Source: Basidiobolus meristosporus CBS 931.73 | Taxonomy: Eukaryota > Fungi > Basidiobolomycota | Length of the DNA stretch: 64,000 nt | NCBI GenBank assembly: GCA_002104905.1 | Contig: MCFE01000176.1 | Coordinates: 1 to 64,000 of the forward strand | Reading direction: 5' to 3' | In this document: piece by piece, positions 1-11,391 of the stretch | How positions within the stretch are numbered: position 1 is the stretch's first letter | How the letters are laid out: every line of letters starts with the position of its first letter | Program-made: the position numbers and the translations under genes | The notes under the pieces: generated by a model | What the model saw: only the letters and a program-made list of their open reading frames with translations | What the model was told of the DNA's origin: nothing | The model's database searches: none

Positions 1-852
1 TAATCTGATGGTAATTTGTTGGTGTATAGCTGATGTTTCTCCTACATCTTTCAGTTGCAAACCATTATGTCAGTAGTGTGTAGCTAATTACCAAATATGG
101 TTTGAAAGGTAATTAGCCTAGCCACCTTCTGGAAAGCATGTCTTGCTGTTTGCCAACTAGGTAAAACCTAAGATCTTGATAGTTGTTGGCTTAGGGATAT
201 TTGGAATTCTGCCAATATTATATTGTAATTCTGTGGACCTTTTGTTGGATTTGTACTTGTAGGGTAGTTACCAAATATACTGTAGAGTACTTGATCACCA
301 GGTGATATTAACAGTAAGAATCACTAACCTTTGTGTACTGATGAATCATCACCAGTGACCTGACCCAAGCCACTCCATATGCACTCTAAAATCTTGCAAC
401 AAGATTTAGCTTGCTAGAAGCATGCTCATTTGAATGGATTCCGGTTTGACTTTTCTCTGTTATTACTGCATATCTTGGAATAAAGCATTTTCCAAAGCTT
501 CATCAGCGTCAGAGCCCCGACATTAAACGATGCTCTTTTCCCACAACATCAATCCTCAGTCTTATGGGGGATAACTCCGGGTTTAGCAGTTTACCCCATA
601 TAAGCAGTTTTCCAAAATGCAGTACTTACCTATTCGGTATATGTTTGCAGCCTGTCATACTTCATTTATATATCATATTAATTCTTACTTTTCAAGTAGC
701 TGCCGTAGTTGATAAGCCACTTCATTTACTGCCACATTGATTCAGCCGCCCCATGCTCGATTTACATTTACAATAATTCTAAACAACAAGCTAGTACTTT
801 GCTCAGCCATAATGCTTCTTTAAAGTGCAAGATATTTGCTTGTAGTTACGGA

Positions 853-1335
853 TTATAAGTGACTGGCTTTGAAGCCAAAGCGAAATCTTTTCATAGGATC
901 TGTAAGATCGAACTCTCCAGTGTCGCTGAGCAGCATACTAAAATCGTCCAGACCTTTCAGTTTCCTCATTAGCGCAAGCATATCCATGTCTACCTTGTAA
1001 ATCGAACCATTTGTAACAACTGTATCCGATGACTCCACATAGTGATTACCATTTACTGTCCAAACATCGCCATTCCGTAGATAAGCAACATTTTCATGCT
1101 TCAATTGTTTTAGTCTCTTGAATTCCTTCGCTTCTTCGGTTGCCTTTTGCAAACCAATCATTTCGATTCTCTTCTGCAACCGGAGCTGCAATTGCCGATG
1201 CTGCTGCAAGACCTCTCGGTAGCGACTAATCACTGCCTCCCTGTATTCCGTGTTGATATTGGGGTTGGCTTCTGCATATCTCTGGTTAACTCTCTCATTG
1301 AAAGACGCCACAGGAGTAGAAAACTGCTTCGACAT
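853..1335 (-). CDS. Intronless hypothetical protein, 160 aa (coiled-coil-like N-half, beta-rich C-half)
   Basis: ATG-initiated ORF that keeps its CpGs; TATATAA-like box ~45 nt upstream (plus strand ccttatata ~1377-1385); no family recognised. Confidence 0.45.
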   Translation of the reverse strand: MSKQFSTPVASFNERVNQRYAEANPNINTEYREAVISRYREVLQQHRQLQLRLQKRIEMIGLQKATEEAKEFKRLKQLKHENVAYLRNGDVWTVNGNHYVESSDTVVTNGSIYKVDMDMLALMRKLKGLDDFSMLLSDTGEFDLTDPMKRFRFGFKASHL

Positions 1336-2055
1336 TGCTCACTGTCTTGGAGTTGGTGGCTGGTGTATGATATGGCACCTTATATACTTTTAGCACTATC
1401 GCGTCATTGGAAGGAGCTTTGAGAACTATAGCGTTGAAGATACTTGACAGATGTGCAAAATACACAGCGATGCATCCCACAGGATGGAACCCTCTAGAAT
1501 AACCATTCAAACTATGGGACTTTTTGAGCTTACGTGGCATGCTAGAAGTCCAACATCAGCTACTGTATTTTTACTTTATGTTTACTTTCCTGTTAGCCAG
1601 GGATGTGAGACTAAAAGCGGGGATTTTTATCTTTACAACTGGTTGGATTCAAGAGCTGGTTTAATCAAGTATTAGAAATTAAGGCCGTTTCCATCTAGCT
1701 CAGATGTTAGTCAGAAAAGACAATACACCTTTGACTTTAAATGCTGTTCTTTATAGCACCACCAGAATCATCATCACCCCTATCTAATGTCATTAACACC
1801 ATAAAGCTGTCTAGTGTCATTAACACATAAATTGCCAGTGCATCAAAAATTGCAAGTGCAACAAGGTCAATGAGAAAGGCCTGGATGGCCAGGAAATAGT
1901 GTGAGAATGGCATTAACTTATCCTCATTACAATTACTGGATTGCTATCAAATCTAGCCATGTATATTACTTTGGTTATTAAGTTATTAAACTGCACTAGC
2001 CATGTTGGGATCAAAGTAAATATACCCTCACTCTACCCTAATGCTACCTGCTTTA

Positions 2056-5000
2056 TGATGCTGTCGAATCTTCAGCTAGCATACCTCTTGCCTTCGTGCA
2101 AACGGGCTCGGGTAAGTATGTTCACCCTGATAAGAGCAGCCTGGGCTATACTCGTCAATCGACATACCAACAGTGATGATGTAGTTTTTGGTTACATAGC
2201 AAGTGCACGGAAGCGCAACCGCAGAGTCGAGCGTGTGGTAGGGCCATGCATTAACATGCTGCCATGCAGGATAAAGCACCCATCGGACAGGGATATTCCT
2301 GTCTTGCAATGGCTCCAATCCGTCCATCAAGAATACATTACCTGCATTCCCCATCAACACAGTAGTCTAAAGGATATCCAACAGTGGAGCGGCTACAGCT
2401 CCCAGATGAAGATGTTCAACTCAGTTGTCAACTATGTTCCAGCATCTTTTGTACCGGCTAAAGAAAACCACCCCAGTCTGACCAGGTTCACTCTGGCGAA
2501 ATTGGTGAATTTTACTGAGGTATTTATTTATTTGGCGTAGCACATGTCCCATCCAAAATTTAACATCCATCTAGTACAACTGTTCATTACACATATCGCA
2601 CAACATGGAGACCATGCACTGTCGTCTAACATGTGATGAAAGATTTTTCTCCTAGTTGCAGAGCCAGCACTTGATTGAACAATTCTCTACGATTGCCCTC
2701 TCTTTAGTGAATTCGGAAGTGGAATCGCTCTTGGGGACGCTATGCATGGTTCCAGCTTTTGAAAAGCAGCTTCTAAGTGTAGATCGGAATTCACCAGTCT
2801 TTACCAATGTAACAGGAGTATGTATTCACCATTTGTTTGAACAGCAGGTAGAGCTATCCCCTGATCGAGATGCCTTTCAATTTGAGGATATGGAGCCAGT
2901 AACATACAAAGAGCTGAATCGGCAAGCTAATCGATTAGCACATCTCCTGGACGTATTCGCGATCTATACCGATGACACGAACCCGGCCGTGGCTAGCTTA
3001 ACACCCTCTCATCTATGCTATGTGATATTTACCTCTGGCTCCACAGATGGTTGAACATTACGCTGTGGTAAACAGCTTGATTGGGTATCAGGATGCTGCA
3101 CAACTGTCTGCTGAAGACCGGACACTGAACTTCGCGAACTACGTGTTTGACGCATCAGTATTCGATATACTCCTGACCCTGCTGTCTGTGTATGGCTGCT
3201 AAAACCAATCTGCTAACGGATCTACCTGGTGTGATCACATTTATGCACTTGACCACTTCGGTTGCTGGTCTCATTTCCCCAGGTGACACGCCGTCGATCC
3301 GCAAACTCAATTTGGGCGGAGAGATGATGACACAGGCAGTGCGTAACAGTTGGACATCCAGGGTGCAGCACCTAAACAATGCCTACGGACCAACGGAGAC
3401 TGCAGTCTGTGTAACGATTTGAACGAATGTTCGTGACACCACTGATTGCTGCAATATCGATATGCTATAGGAGGCAACAGGATCTATGCTTTGGACTCTA
3501 GGCTCATGCTATTGCCTGCTGGCGCGATTGGTGAGCTCCCCAGTTGGGCCGAGGTTATCTCAACAAGCCGGATCTCACGGAGGCAACATTTGTTTCGCAC
3601 GAGCTTGCCAAAGGAGGCAAACTGTACCGGACAGGAGACCTCGGGAGATTCAACACTGACGGCTCGATCACTCTGTCAGATCAAGTTGAATGGTCTGCGA
3701 ATCGATTTGACGGGAATAGAAAAGGTTTTGTATCAGGATTGCTCCATCACCCGTGTTTGTGTAGTGCTGTTCAAACAATCCATCGCAGCCCTTTTCTCTA
3801 GCAACGACTGGTCAGCGACCATCGATCGGCCAGTAGCGATTCTGGATGGGATGGTACGCAGCGAAGCAGTCAGCAGGCGAATCCAGAATTACCGTAGGTT
3901 GGCCGAAAGGCTTCTACCCAGCTATATGATTCCCAGCTTGTGGGTGCCGTTCGACAGGATACCCATCAACGCTAGCGGAAAATCTGATGGAAAGCGACTG
4001 ATTGCTCTACTGCAGCAAACACATGTCAACTCGCTGCGAGGATTTGGAACCGCTAAACTGGAGAATCATGAGCCCATAACGCTGTCGCCAATGGAACAAC
4101 TGCTGCAGAAAATATGGGGCAACGCTTTCAATCTTGACCCAGAGTCCATTGGAACACAAGACTCGTTCTTTCAGCTGGGCGGCGACTCTATACTAGCGAT
4201 CGAAGTTGTATCGATCGCTCGGAAACTGCATAATGTCCCCATCACTGTCCAACAAATATTTGACTATACCACTATAGCTGACATAGCTCACGCTGTCGGT
4301 ACTAGTAAAGAAGCTCTCCCAGAAGACTCTATTCCTCCGTTCTCACTCCTCGTCTTGTCAGAGAACGACTTGCAACACCTTATGAAGAAGGATATTGTAG
4401 GAAACGGGATTGATTTGGATGCAGTCGAAGATATCTATCCTTGCACGCCACTCCAAGAAGGACTGATTGCAGCTGGGCTAAAGAGCTCGGCAGGATATCT
4501 AGCGCAGTATCGCTATCGCATCAAGGGACCTTTGGATATAGAACGATTCAAATTGGCTTGGGAAGCTGTGATAGCAAAGAATGCAATTCTACGCACTGTT
4601 TTCGTGTTTTCGAGATGCTAGTATAGCCATCTGAACGGCTTCCAAGTAGTACTTAGAGTTGCTATTGCTCCTTGGAGCACGACCCAATGCTCAGATGATA
4701 ATGCAGTCAGATATGGAGCAAGGAATAACCCTTGGGGACCCAATGATGCGGTTCCATGTCTTGGCCACTCTCTTGGGAGACACATGTTTCTTACGGAGCA
4801 TACATCATGCAATCTACGATGGCTGTTTGAAAACCAAGTGCGGTAATTACCGAATAATGTCGCGGTTCAGTTCGAGAACGGCCAACTCCTGACTTTTAGC
4901 GAGTTGAACACACACGCCAACAGATTCGCCAATCACCTTCTGACATTGGGGGTTGTTCCGGAGAAATTGGTCCCGATTTGCTTTGATAAATCTTTGGAGA

Positions 5001-5806
5001 TGGTCATTTCCATGCTTGCAGTATTGAAAGCCTATGTCCCCATTGATCCACACTCACCTATCGACAGGAATCGGCTTATTCTCAGTGAGACGACGGCCAA
5101 GTTAGTGGTCACATCCAGAAAGCATCGACATCTATTTTGGGGGCATGAGGGCGTCAATCTCACACTGGTAGAAGACTGTCAACATTTGGATACTGACACC
5201 CGGGATCCTAAAGTTCCCGGCCTCAATCCAACAAATCTATGCTACGTTCTCTTCACTTCGGGGTCTACTGGTACGCCAAAGGGGGTTATGTTAGAGCATA
5301 AGGTAGTGGCCAACTTTTTGACTCGGTATCGGTCAATTTCTGGCTTTGGCCCTAAAGCTCATCAGTTCGCGACACATGGTCACCTTGCTTGGTGTTGAAT
5401 AATGGGTACGGCCCCACAGAAACAACAGTGATGCATCGTGATTGCACTCAGAGAAAAGGCGTCACCCCCAGACTTCGTGTAGCAACATTGGGTAGCCGTT
5501 TGGTGGCAACAGAATCTTGATTCTTAACCACAAGTTGCAGATTTAGTGGCATTCATTTGTCTGAAGCAATTTAGCTCGGAAAACAACATACATTCAGTAA
5601 TATTGACTGACCCTGTCCACCGTGAAGAAATCAATAAGACCATCGATGATATCCGTGCAGCAGCTATGCGCGTTCTGACTGCTCGCATGGTACCCACCAT
5701 CTGGATTCCTTTGACCACAATGCCAATGGGCAGTAGTAGTAAAATCGATAGCAGAGCGTTGAAGGAAATGGTGGCGAAGGCTGATCTTGAAATGATCAAT
5801 AAGTAA
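2056..5806 (+). pseudogene. Fungal-type multimodular NRPS pseudogene (C-A-T-C-A remnants), resembling siderophore/ferrichrome-type synthetases
   Basis: Motifs spread over several frames: C-terminal part of a C domain (VVGPCINMLPCRI), A1 TYKELNRQANRLAH, A3 YVIFTSGST, NAYGPTET, LYRTGDLGR, T domain FFQLGGDSILA, C domain YPCTPLQEG...HHAIYDG, second A domain YVLFTSGSTGTPKGV, NGYGPTET, SSKIDSRAL. GT-AG intron 2520-2574. In-frame stops (~2653, ~3420), frameshifts and internal deletions. Confidence 0.92.
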
Positions 5807-5999
5807 ATAAATACAATACTATGGTAGGCAACGAATCTACCACAAGAATCAAATCAAACAGCCTCGCATGATGTATGAAAGAATGCAATACGAAGCGGGG
5901 TTTAAACTAATCTATTTATTTCCGCATATTTCAGACAATTTTATACATGTGGTATCCGCACGGATTCTAGCCATTGCTCATGTGGATAATGGATATCCT

Positions 6000-6051
6000 G
6001 GCTGACTTGGGACTCAGGGTTGCTTGGCTGAGTTGGAACTCAGGTTTGCTT
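6000..6051. repeat. 26-bp imperfect tandem duplication spanning the ABCG stop codon
   Basis: ggctgacttgggactcagggttgctt / ggctgagttggaactcaggtttgctt. Confidence 0.75.
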
Positions 6052-9000
6052 GTCTCGGTGGGATAGCTTCATGGCAAAAAATGCAAGGGCCTGATAACCA
6101 AAAGCGATAAAAAAGACGTTTCGAATATCTGTCCAATAGCGGTCATTCACATAGCCGTAGTAATTCCGCCCACTCTCGATACGAAAATAGCTAAACATGC
6201 CAAGTTGGTTGAATGCTCATGATATATGGTCGTTTGATTCGACTCACCTTCTCGCATCCGTCTCTGCTATATAAAAAGCACTGATTGCCCATCTCGGCGC
6301 AGATATCTACAAGCGGAGTCGAATTGGTTACCAACATTCCCTCTATCTGCGGTAAATCTCTACTTACGTCCCAAATCCACCGTATACTTGCCGGATAGTC
6401 TTCATAAACCTTGTTGAGGGACGGTTCCACCCCGCTAAACGCTGTGCACTCGCATATTAATAACCCCGCCACCATTGCATCGATGGATATACATACCAAT
6501 TGCCCAAACCAATGCAACAACCACCCCCACAAGGGCTGCCTGCTCCTTCTTAACTAAGGCAGAGATGAAATACCCTAAGACGAAGTAAGTTGAGTATTAG
6601 TGTGAAGAATAGAGTAACTTCGCGTCGCTACCTGTGCTGAATCCCACAAAATAGAGTGAGAGAGTTATCACGTATAGTCTCCATATCGAAGTATTATTTG
6701 CATAATTGATTATGAAAGCCAGCGTGAACATTAGTGCAGCCAGGATGATACGCGGAATATCCGATATAGCTTTGGCTAGAAAGTATGGCAACGTCGGCAT
6801 CCCTGAAGCAGTTTCCCTCCAGAACACCACTCTTTCGTTTCCAAACGTCCCTGCTCCTGAAGCGATACCGGCAAATCCGATCCCCCAAGCTACAAAGCTT
6901 CCAATATTTCGTACCATATCGGAATAAGGCAAGGAGCATCGCTGTTGCAACGGTAACGGGGCATATGCGCACACCTCCTCGGGCAGAGGCCCAAGATAAA
7001 CAGCCTTCTGAGCAGCAATAGAAATGAACAACCCTAGTTTCCTAGCAATGAGAGATGTGAAGTACAATGACATAGCCTTATATGCTTACCAGCCCCGAGA
7101 TGTAGAAGTTGATCCACGAAAAACTCACTTTTACTACGTATGACTTGATGACAGGCTCTTTGCAGACAAAGCCAAAATACCTGAAATGGACCAGGAGTGT
7201 TTCGGATTTCATCCGAGTGGCATGTGACATATCGATATACAGATACGAATGTCATAAGCAATTCAACAAAAACCGAATGGAACCAGTAATAAGTATCGTT
7301 CAAAAGACTAACTGTGCCATGCTTAATGCTACGCATGGTTTGCATGAACTTCGACTCCTTGTTTGACTCTTGAGTTTTGTTTTTCTCCAACATTAAGTCC
7401 TCGTAGCCAATGGTGAGTCGATATCCCTGTAGTTTTCCGCTTTTCTTTCGTTCCCACAGCTCGAAAAGATCGCACGGATGGAAGTTTGGGTTCAGTTTGC
7501 AAGGAACCTTACCCGAAGCTACATCCATGTAGAAATCGGCAGGAGAGGCGTCACTCGGACACTCAAAACCAATGCTATAAAAATATTCAGCTGCTTCTTC
7601 TCTGGGTCCCAGATAGATCAATCTACCGCCTTTCCCCAAAAGCATCAAATCGTCGAATTTCGCAAATGCAACAGGCGATGGAGAATGAATAATCGCTGCA
7701 ACAGTAAGGCCTTGGTAGTGAGCAATTCTAGAAAGTAGAGTACATATTTCCATAGATGTAGAGGAATCTAGACCTGTGGAACTGTAAATCCGCCTGCCAA
7801 CAACTCTGAGGGCTAAAGAATGAAACTTACCCGAGGTTGGCTCGTCCAAAAACAAAATTGAGGGCTCAGCTACCAACTGGACAAGTCGCATATTTCAGGC
7901 ATTAAATACATGAGTGGAATAAGCATTGCTGTGCAGGGAACATACCTCTGCCCCGATATTCACTCGTTTCCTTTGTCCTCCAGACACTCCTCTCTCCTCC
8001 TCGTCACCGATAATAGAATTCATGATGTGGCCCAGCCCAAGATAATCAATAACTTCGAGCACTTTATGTTTCTTTGTGGCGGTCGTCCATTCGACAGGAA
8101 GTCGCATTCTTGCTGAGTGCATGAGGATGCTCTGAACAGTCAATTTCCGTAGCATTATATCGTCTTGCGGGACGAAGCCAGTAAGTCTCCGATATTTGGA
8201 GAGATCCTCAATCTTTCCATTGATTCTTATCTCTCCGCTTGTTTTCCTAACCTTCCCGGTTAGAAGAGAGATAAATGTGGTTTTTCCAGCCCCGGAGGGG
8301 CCCATGATCGCGCAGGTTCTTCCGGGGCGTAGCTCACCAGAAACACCCTGAACATGGCATCAAAATCGTTAGTAGAGAACTTCAACGTGTAGCATTACGC
8401 TCTTACCTTCATTATCTCCACACCATTGGGAAGTCGGAGCCCTATATCTTCGAATTTTATCTCAAATCGCTTCTTCACGCGAGACAACGTAGAAGACCTT
8501 TCCATAAAGGGCTTCTTCGTCTTTTGAATGCCCTCAATCCTCATGGCATATTTCAACTGCTTGTACCGCAGTCTCCTTGCTCTGAAGGCAAAGAACATGG
8601 CAGCCACCAGTAAGAGGATAAGAAAAATCAAAAAGATGTTGTATTTTCGGATTGTGAATGAGCCAGCAGGACAATATCCCAGAGTACAAGATAGAGGCTT
8701 GGTTGAACCTATTTATCGACCATCAGAAGCGTTTTCTTTCGTGAGGGCTACTTGACAACTAAATACCAGCAAGACAAAACATCCCCTCTTCGCACAACTT
8801 GATTACCGTCGTATTGGCCGAGCAATAGTATCCCGGACAACAGAATGATGGCTGAAATGTATTCTCGGGACAATAGAATCCATCGGTACACTTGATCTTC
8901 ACTCCAGGTTTCTGGCAGAAGTACCTGAATTGAAAATGGGGTTGGACCAAAGTGGATGCTCACAAGCACTCGATAGCTACTTACCCAGCCGGACAAGACC

Positions 9001-9404
9001 AGTGCTTCGTTCGTGCGCAGATGCATCGATCATTGTATTCAGGCTACAAGGAATAAGTCAGCATACTGTCGATCGGGGCCTAAGCTTATGGCGAAGCGAA
9101 ACGTTACCGAGGTACCAGGGCATTGTTCAATATTAGTGATGTCAGAACTAGTGATCTGAGAAAGATCCATTCCGGCCAGGAACTGGGAGAGCCCTGTTGG
9201 CGAAGGGCTCTGATTACTTGGACTTACTACGGCGGATGTGGTTGTGGAGCGAGCATTGACAGAAGAGGCGGAAGCGCTTGTGGTTGTGCCAGCACTAGAG
9301 GGTGTGTGGGACGAGGCCGCTAGGCAAGTTAGGAATTGAAAGGCAAGGTTTAGACATACGGCATAGAAGCAGCCGTTGGTAGAGGATAAAGACAGCAGTT
9401 TCAT
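6040..9404 (-). CDS. ABCG (White/ADP1-like) half transporter with signal peptide, Ser/Thr linker and Cys-rich extracellular N-domain; multi-exon, appears intact
   Basis: Walker A GPSGAGKTT, signature VSGGQRKRVNIG, Walker B ILFLDEPTSG/LDS, H-loop IIHSP, ABC2 membrane domain (GNERVVFWRE). Cys repeats CTDGFYCPENT, CCPGYYC, CEEGMFC. Exons join in frame at GT-AG introns and end ...MKLSHRDKQT*. Confidence 0.93.
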
Positions 9405-10256
9405 CAAAGATATGCTGTAGTATTCGGTATTTGGGAAGCCTTAAACCAAAAAAGGTTTGGAGTTAGTCAACACGCACGCAGAACCTCAACGAGTTATATA
9501 TTTAAAGGTTAGGTTAAGAGGTTAGGGATGGATTTCTATCCTTAGTGGTTATATTTTGGGAAAGAGCAGTCATCCAAACAAGAAGAGAGCAATATTTATC
9601 CCAAGACACGCTTCGCGAACAATGCATAGAATTGTTGGGATACTCACGGGTTGATTACATAAAGCTGCAGCTCAACAAACCTATATCCCAAAGAAAACAA
9701 GAGATTGCGATTCTGTCGGTCGAAAGAATTCCAAAGCAAGCACGAGAGCAGTTTTCCACCGACCGAGGTTGAGTTTGGGTGTGCAGCGTCTCTGTTAATA
9801 ATCGCCAATGTTTCATCACACAACTGTAAGCTTGCAGACGAGGTTTCGCAAATATTTAGCATAAAGTTGGCTGGCTTCATTGGTTTGCGATGATCCAATT
9901 TCAGTGCATCTTGATCGTGGAAACAGTTGAACCCGTTTTGCCTCTTGAGACACTGCCTCATCACATGAATCAACTTCGCGTAATTACCCATGATTGCATG
10001 TTTTCTTGCTTAACTTGCCAAGTGACTTGAGTCAACTGTTTAATCAAACCAAATGCATAATTGTGTGGGGGTCATCCAATATCGCGCAAAGTCTAGAACA
10101 TATCCAACATTTTTTTATTTCACAGAAAGTGGGGTAACTTCTGGCTCCCACGTGATTGAGGGCTCCCCAAAGTTCCTTGCTGAATAGGAACGATGACAGG
10201 AATATAGTGGCGAAGGGTACCTCGATTCTCCTCTGCTTCTTCTTCCTCCGTTCATA

Positions 10257-10669
10257 ATGGTTTACCGTTTCGCCAGACAAGCTTCCCGTCTTTACTCCAC
10301 CGCCGCCTCTGGCTCTGCCTACGCCGAGCACCTTTCTCACGTCAGAGATCATGCCCAAAGTACGTATGAATTCTTTTGAGACCCCCACATTTCCGCTGCC
10401 TTTTCTAAGTGTATTTTAATGTTTCTACAGAGAGCGCTGATCTTTGGCGCAAGGTTTCCATTTTCGTTTGCGTCCCTCTTGTTGGAATTGCCGGTTACAA
10501 CGCTTACAACCTCGCTACCGAGCACGCTGAACATCTTGAGCATCACCCTCCTCAATTTGTTGGCTACCCATACATTCGCATTCGTAACAAGCCTTTCCCT
10601 TGGGCTGATAGCGATCACTCCCTCTTCCACAACCCCAAGGTCAACCTTGACCCCCCCTCCGACGAGTAA
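10257..10669 (+). CDS. COX13: Cytochrome c oxidase subunit 6A (2 exons: 10257-10359, 10431-10669; 113 aa)
   Basis: Mitochondrial presequence-like MVYRFARQASRLYST; LWRKVSIFVCVP TM helix; YPYIRIRNKPFPWADSDHSLFHNPKVN motif. Confidence 0.95.
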
Positions 10670-11391
10670 GCCAATCTATGCATGTAGACTCTGCTCTAAG
10701 AAGTCCTCATTTAAACCTCTACAAAATATATATTAACCGAGTTGTGACCTGAAGCAACAATAAATGCACTGTTTACATCATTCTAAATTTCCTTGCTGCT
10801 GATTCCCTTTTGCTCGAATGGTGGATGGAACTGGTTCGAGTGATTACCGGGGTGATTACCGGGATTTGTACCTGTTTCTAAAGACAAACACAATGAAAAT
10901 CATTTGCACACCATATGAGTAAAGTTAAGGAGAAGGGATATTTTTAGGAAGAACGCAACCTTGATTACCGAGACAAGCCAACCATCTTTACAGTTTATAT
11001 ACCGTTTCTTGGCCCGCTGGCCAATCAGGATGGAGAAATGGGCGGAATGGCCATGAATCCAAAACTCGACATTTTTTTTGCGAGTTATTTTAGGCACGTC
11101 CGATAAGTATAGCAACACCGCTTTCATAATTTGGTCCTAAAAAAAGAACAAGCTTTATCCACCCAGCCGGCCATTTACTGAGAATACAATTGATATCCTT
11201 CGCGTTGGTAAGCGTTCGCGATCTCCTCCTCTGAACGTGGTTACTTCGTACCTTTCAGCAGTCCACTAACTCAGCTTCATGGTCACCGCCCGATTCCTTT
11301 TTATTCTAGCTTCTAAGTACATTTCGTGACGGTTTTGCCCCTGTATCACTACATACATACACACATACATATATAATACCACCAACCGGAT

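Noticed and set aside
1-420. Possible gypsy RNase H/pol remnant on the minus strand
   Set aside because: CpG-poor like the TE zone, but no convincing motif could be read
2056-5806. NRPS frameshifts explained by introns, RNA editing or sequencing error
   Set aside because: The defects are missing sequence, not extra GT-AG segments; the adjacent ABCG and housekeeping genes splice cleanly in frame; nothing supports insertional editing
9644-9991. 115-aa minus ORF with a faint TIR-like FNCFHDQD motif
   Set aside because: Single weak motif, no supporting exons; lies in the ABCG upstream region
10825-11260. tRNA-like GGTTCGA / GTTCGCGA motifs
   Set aside because: No cloverleaf, acceptor stem or A box; only a 12-bp direct repeat (gtgattaccggg) nearby
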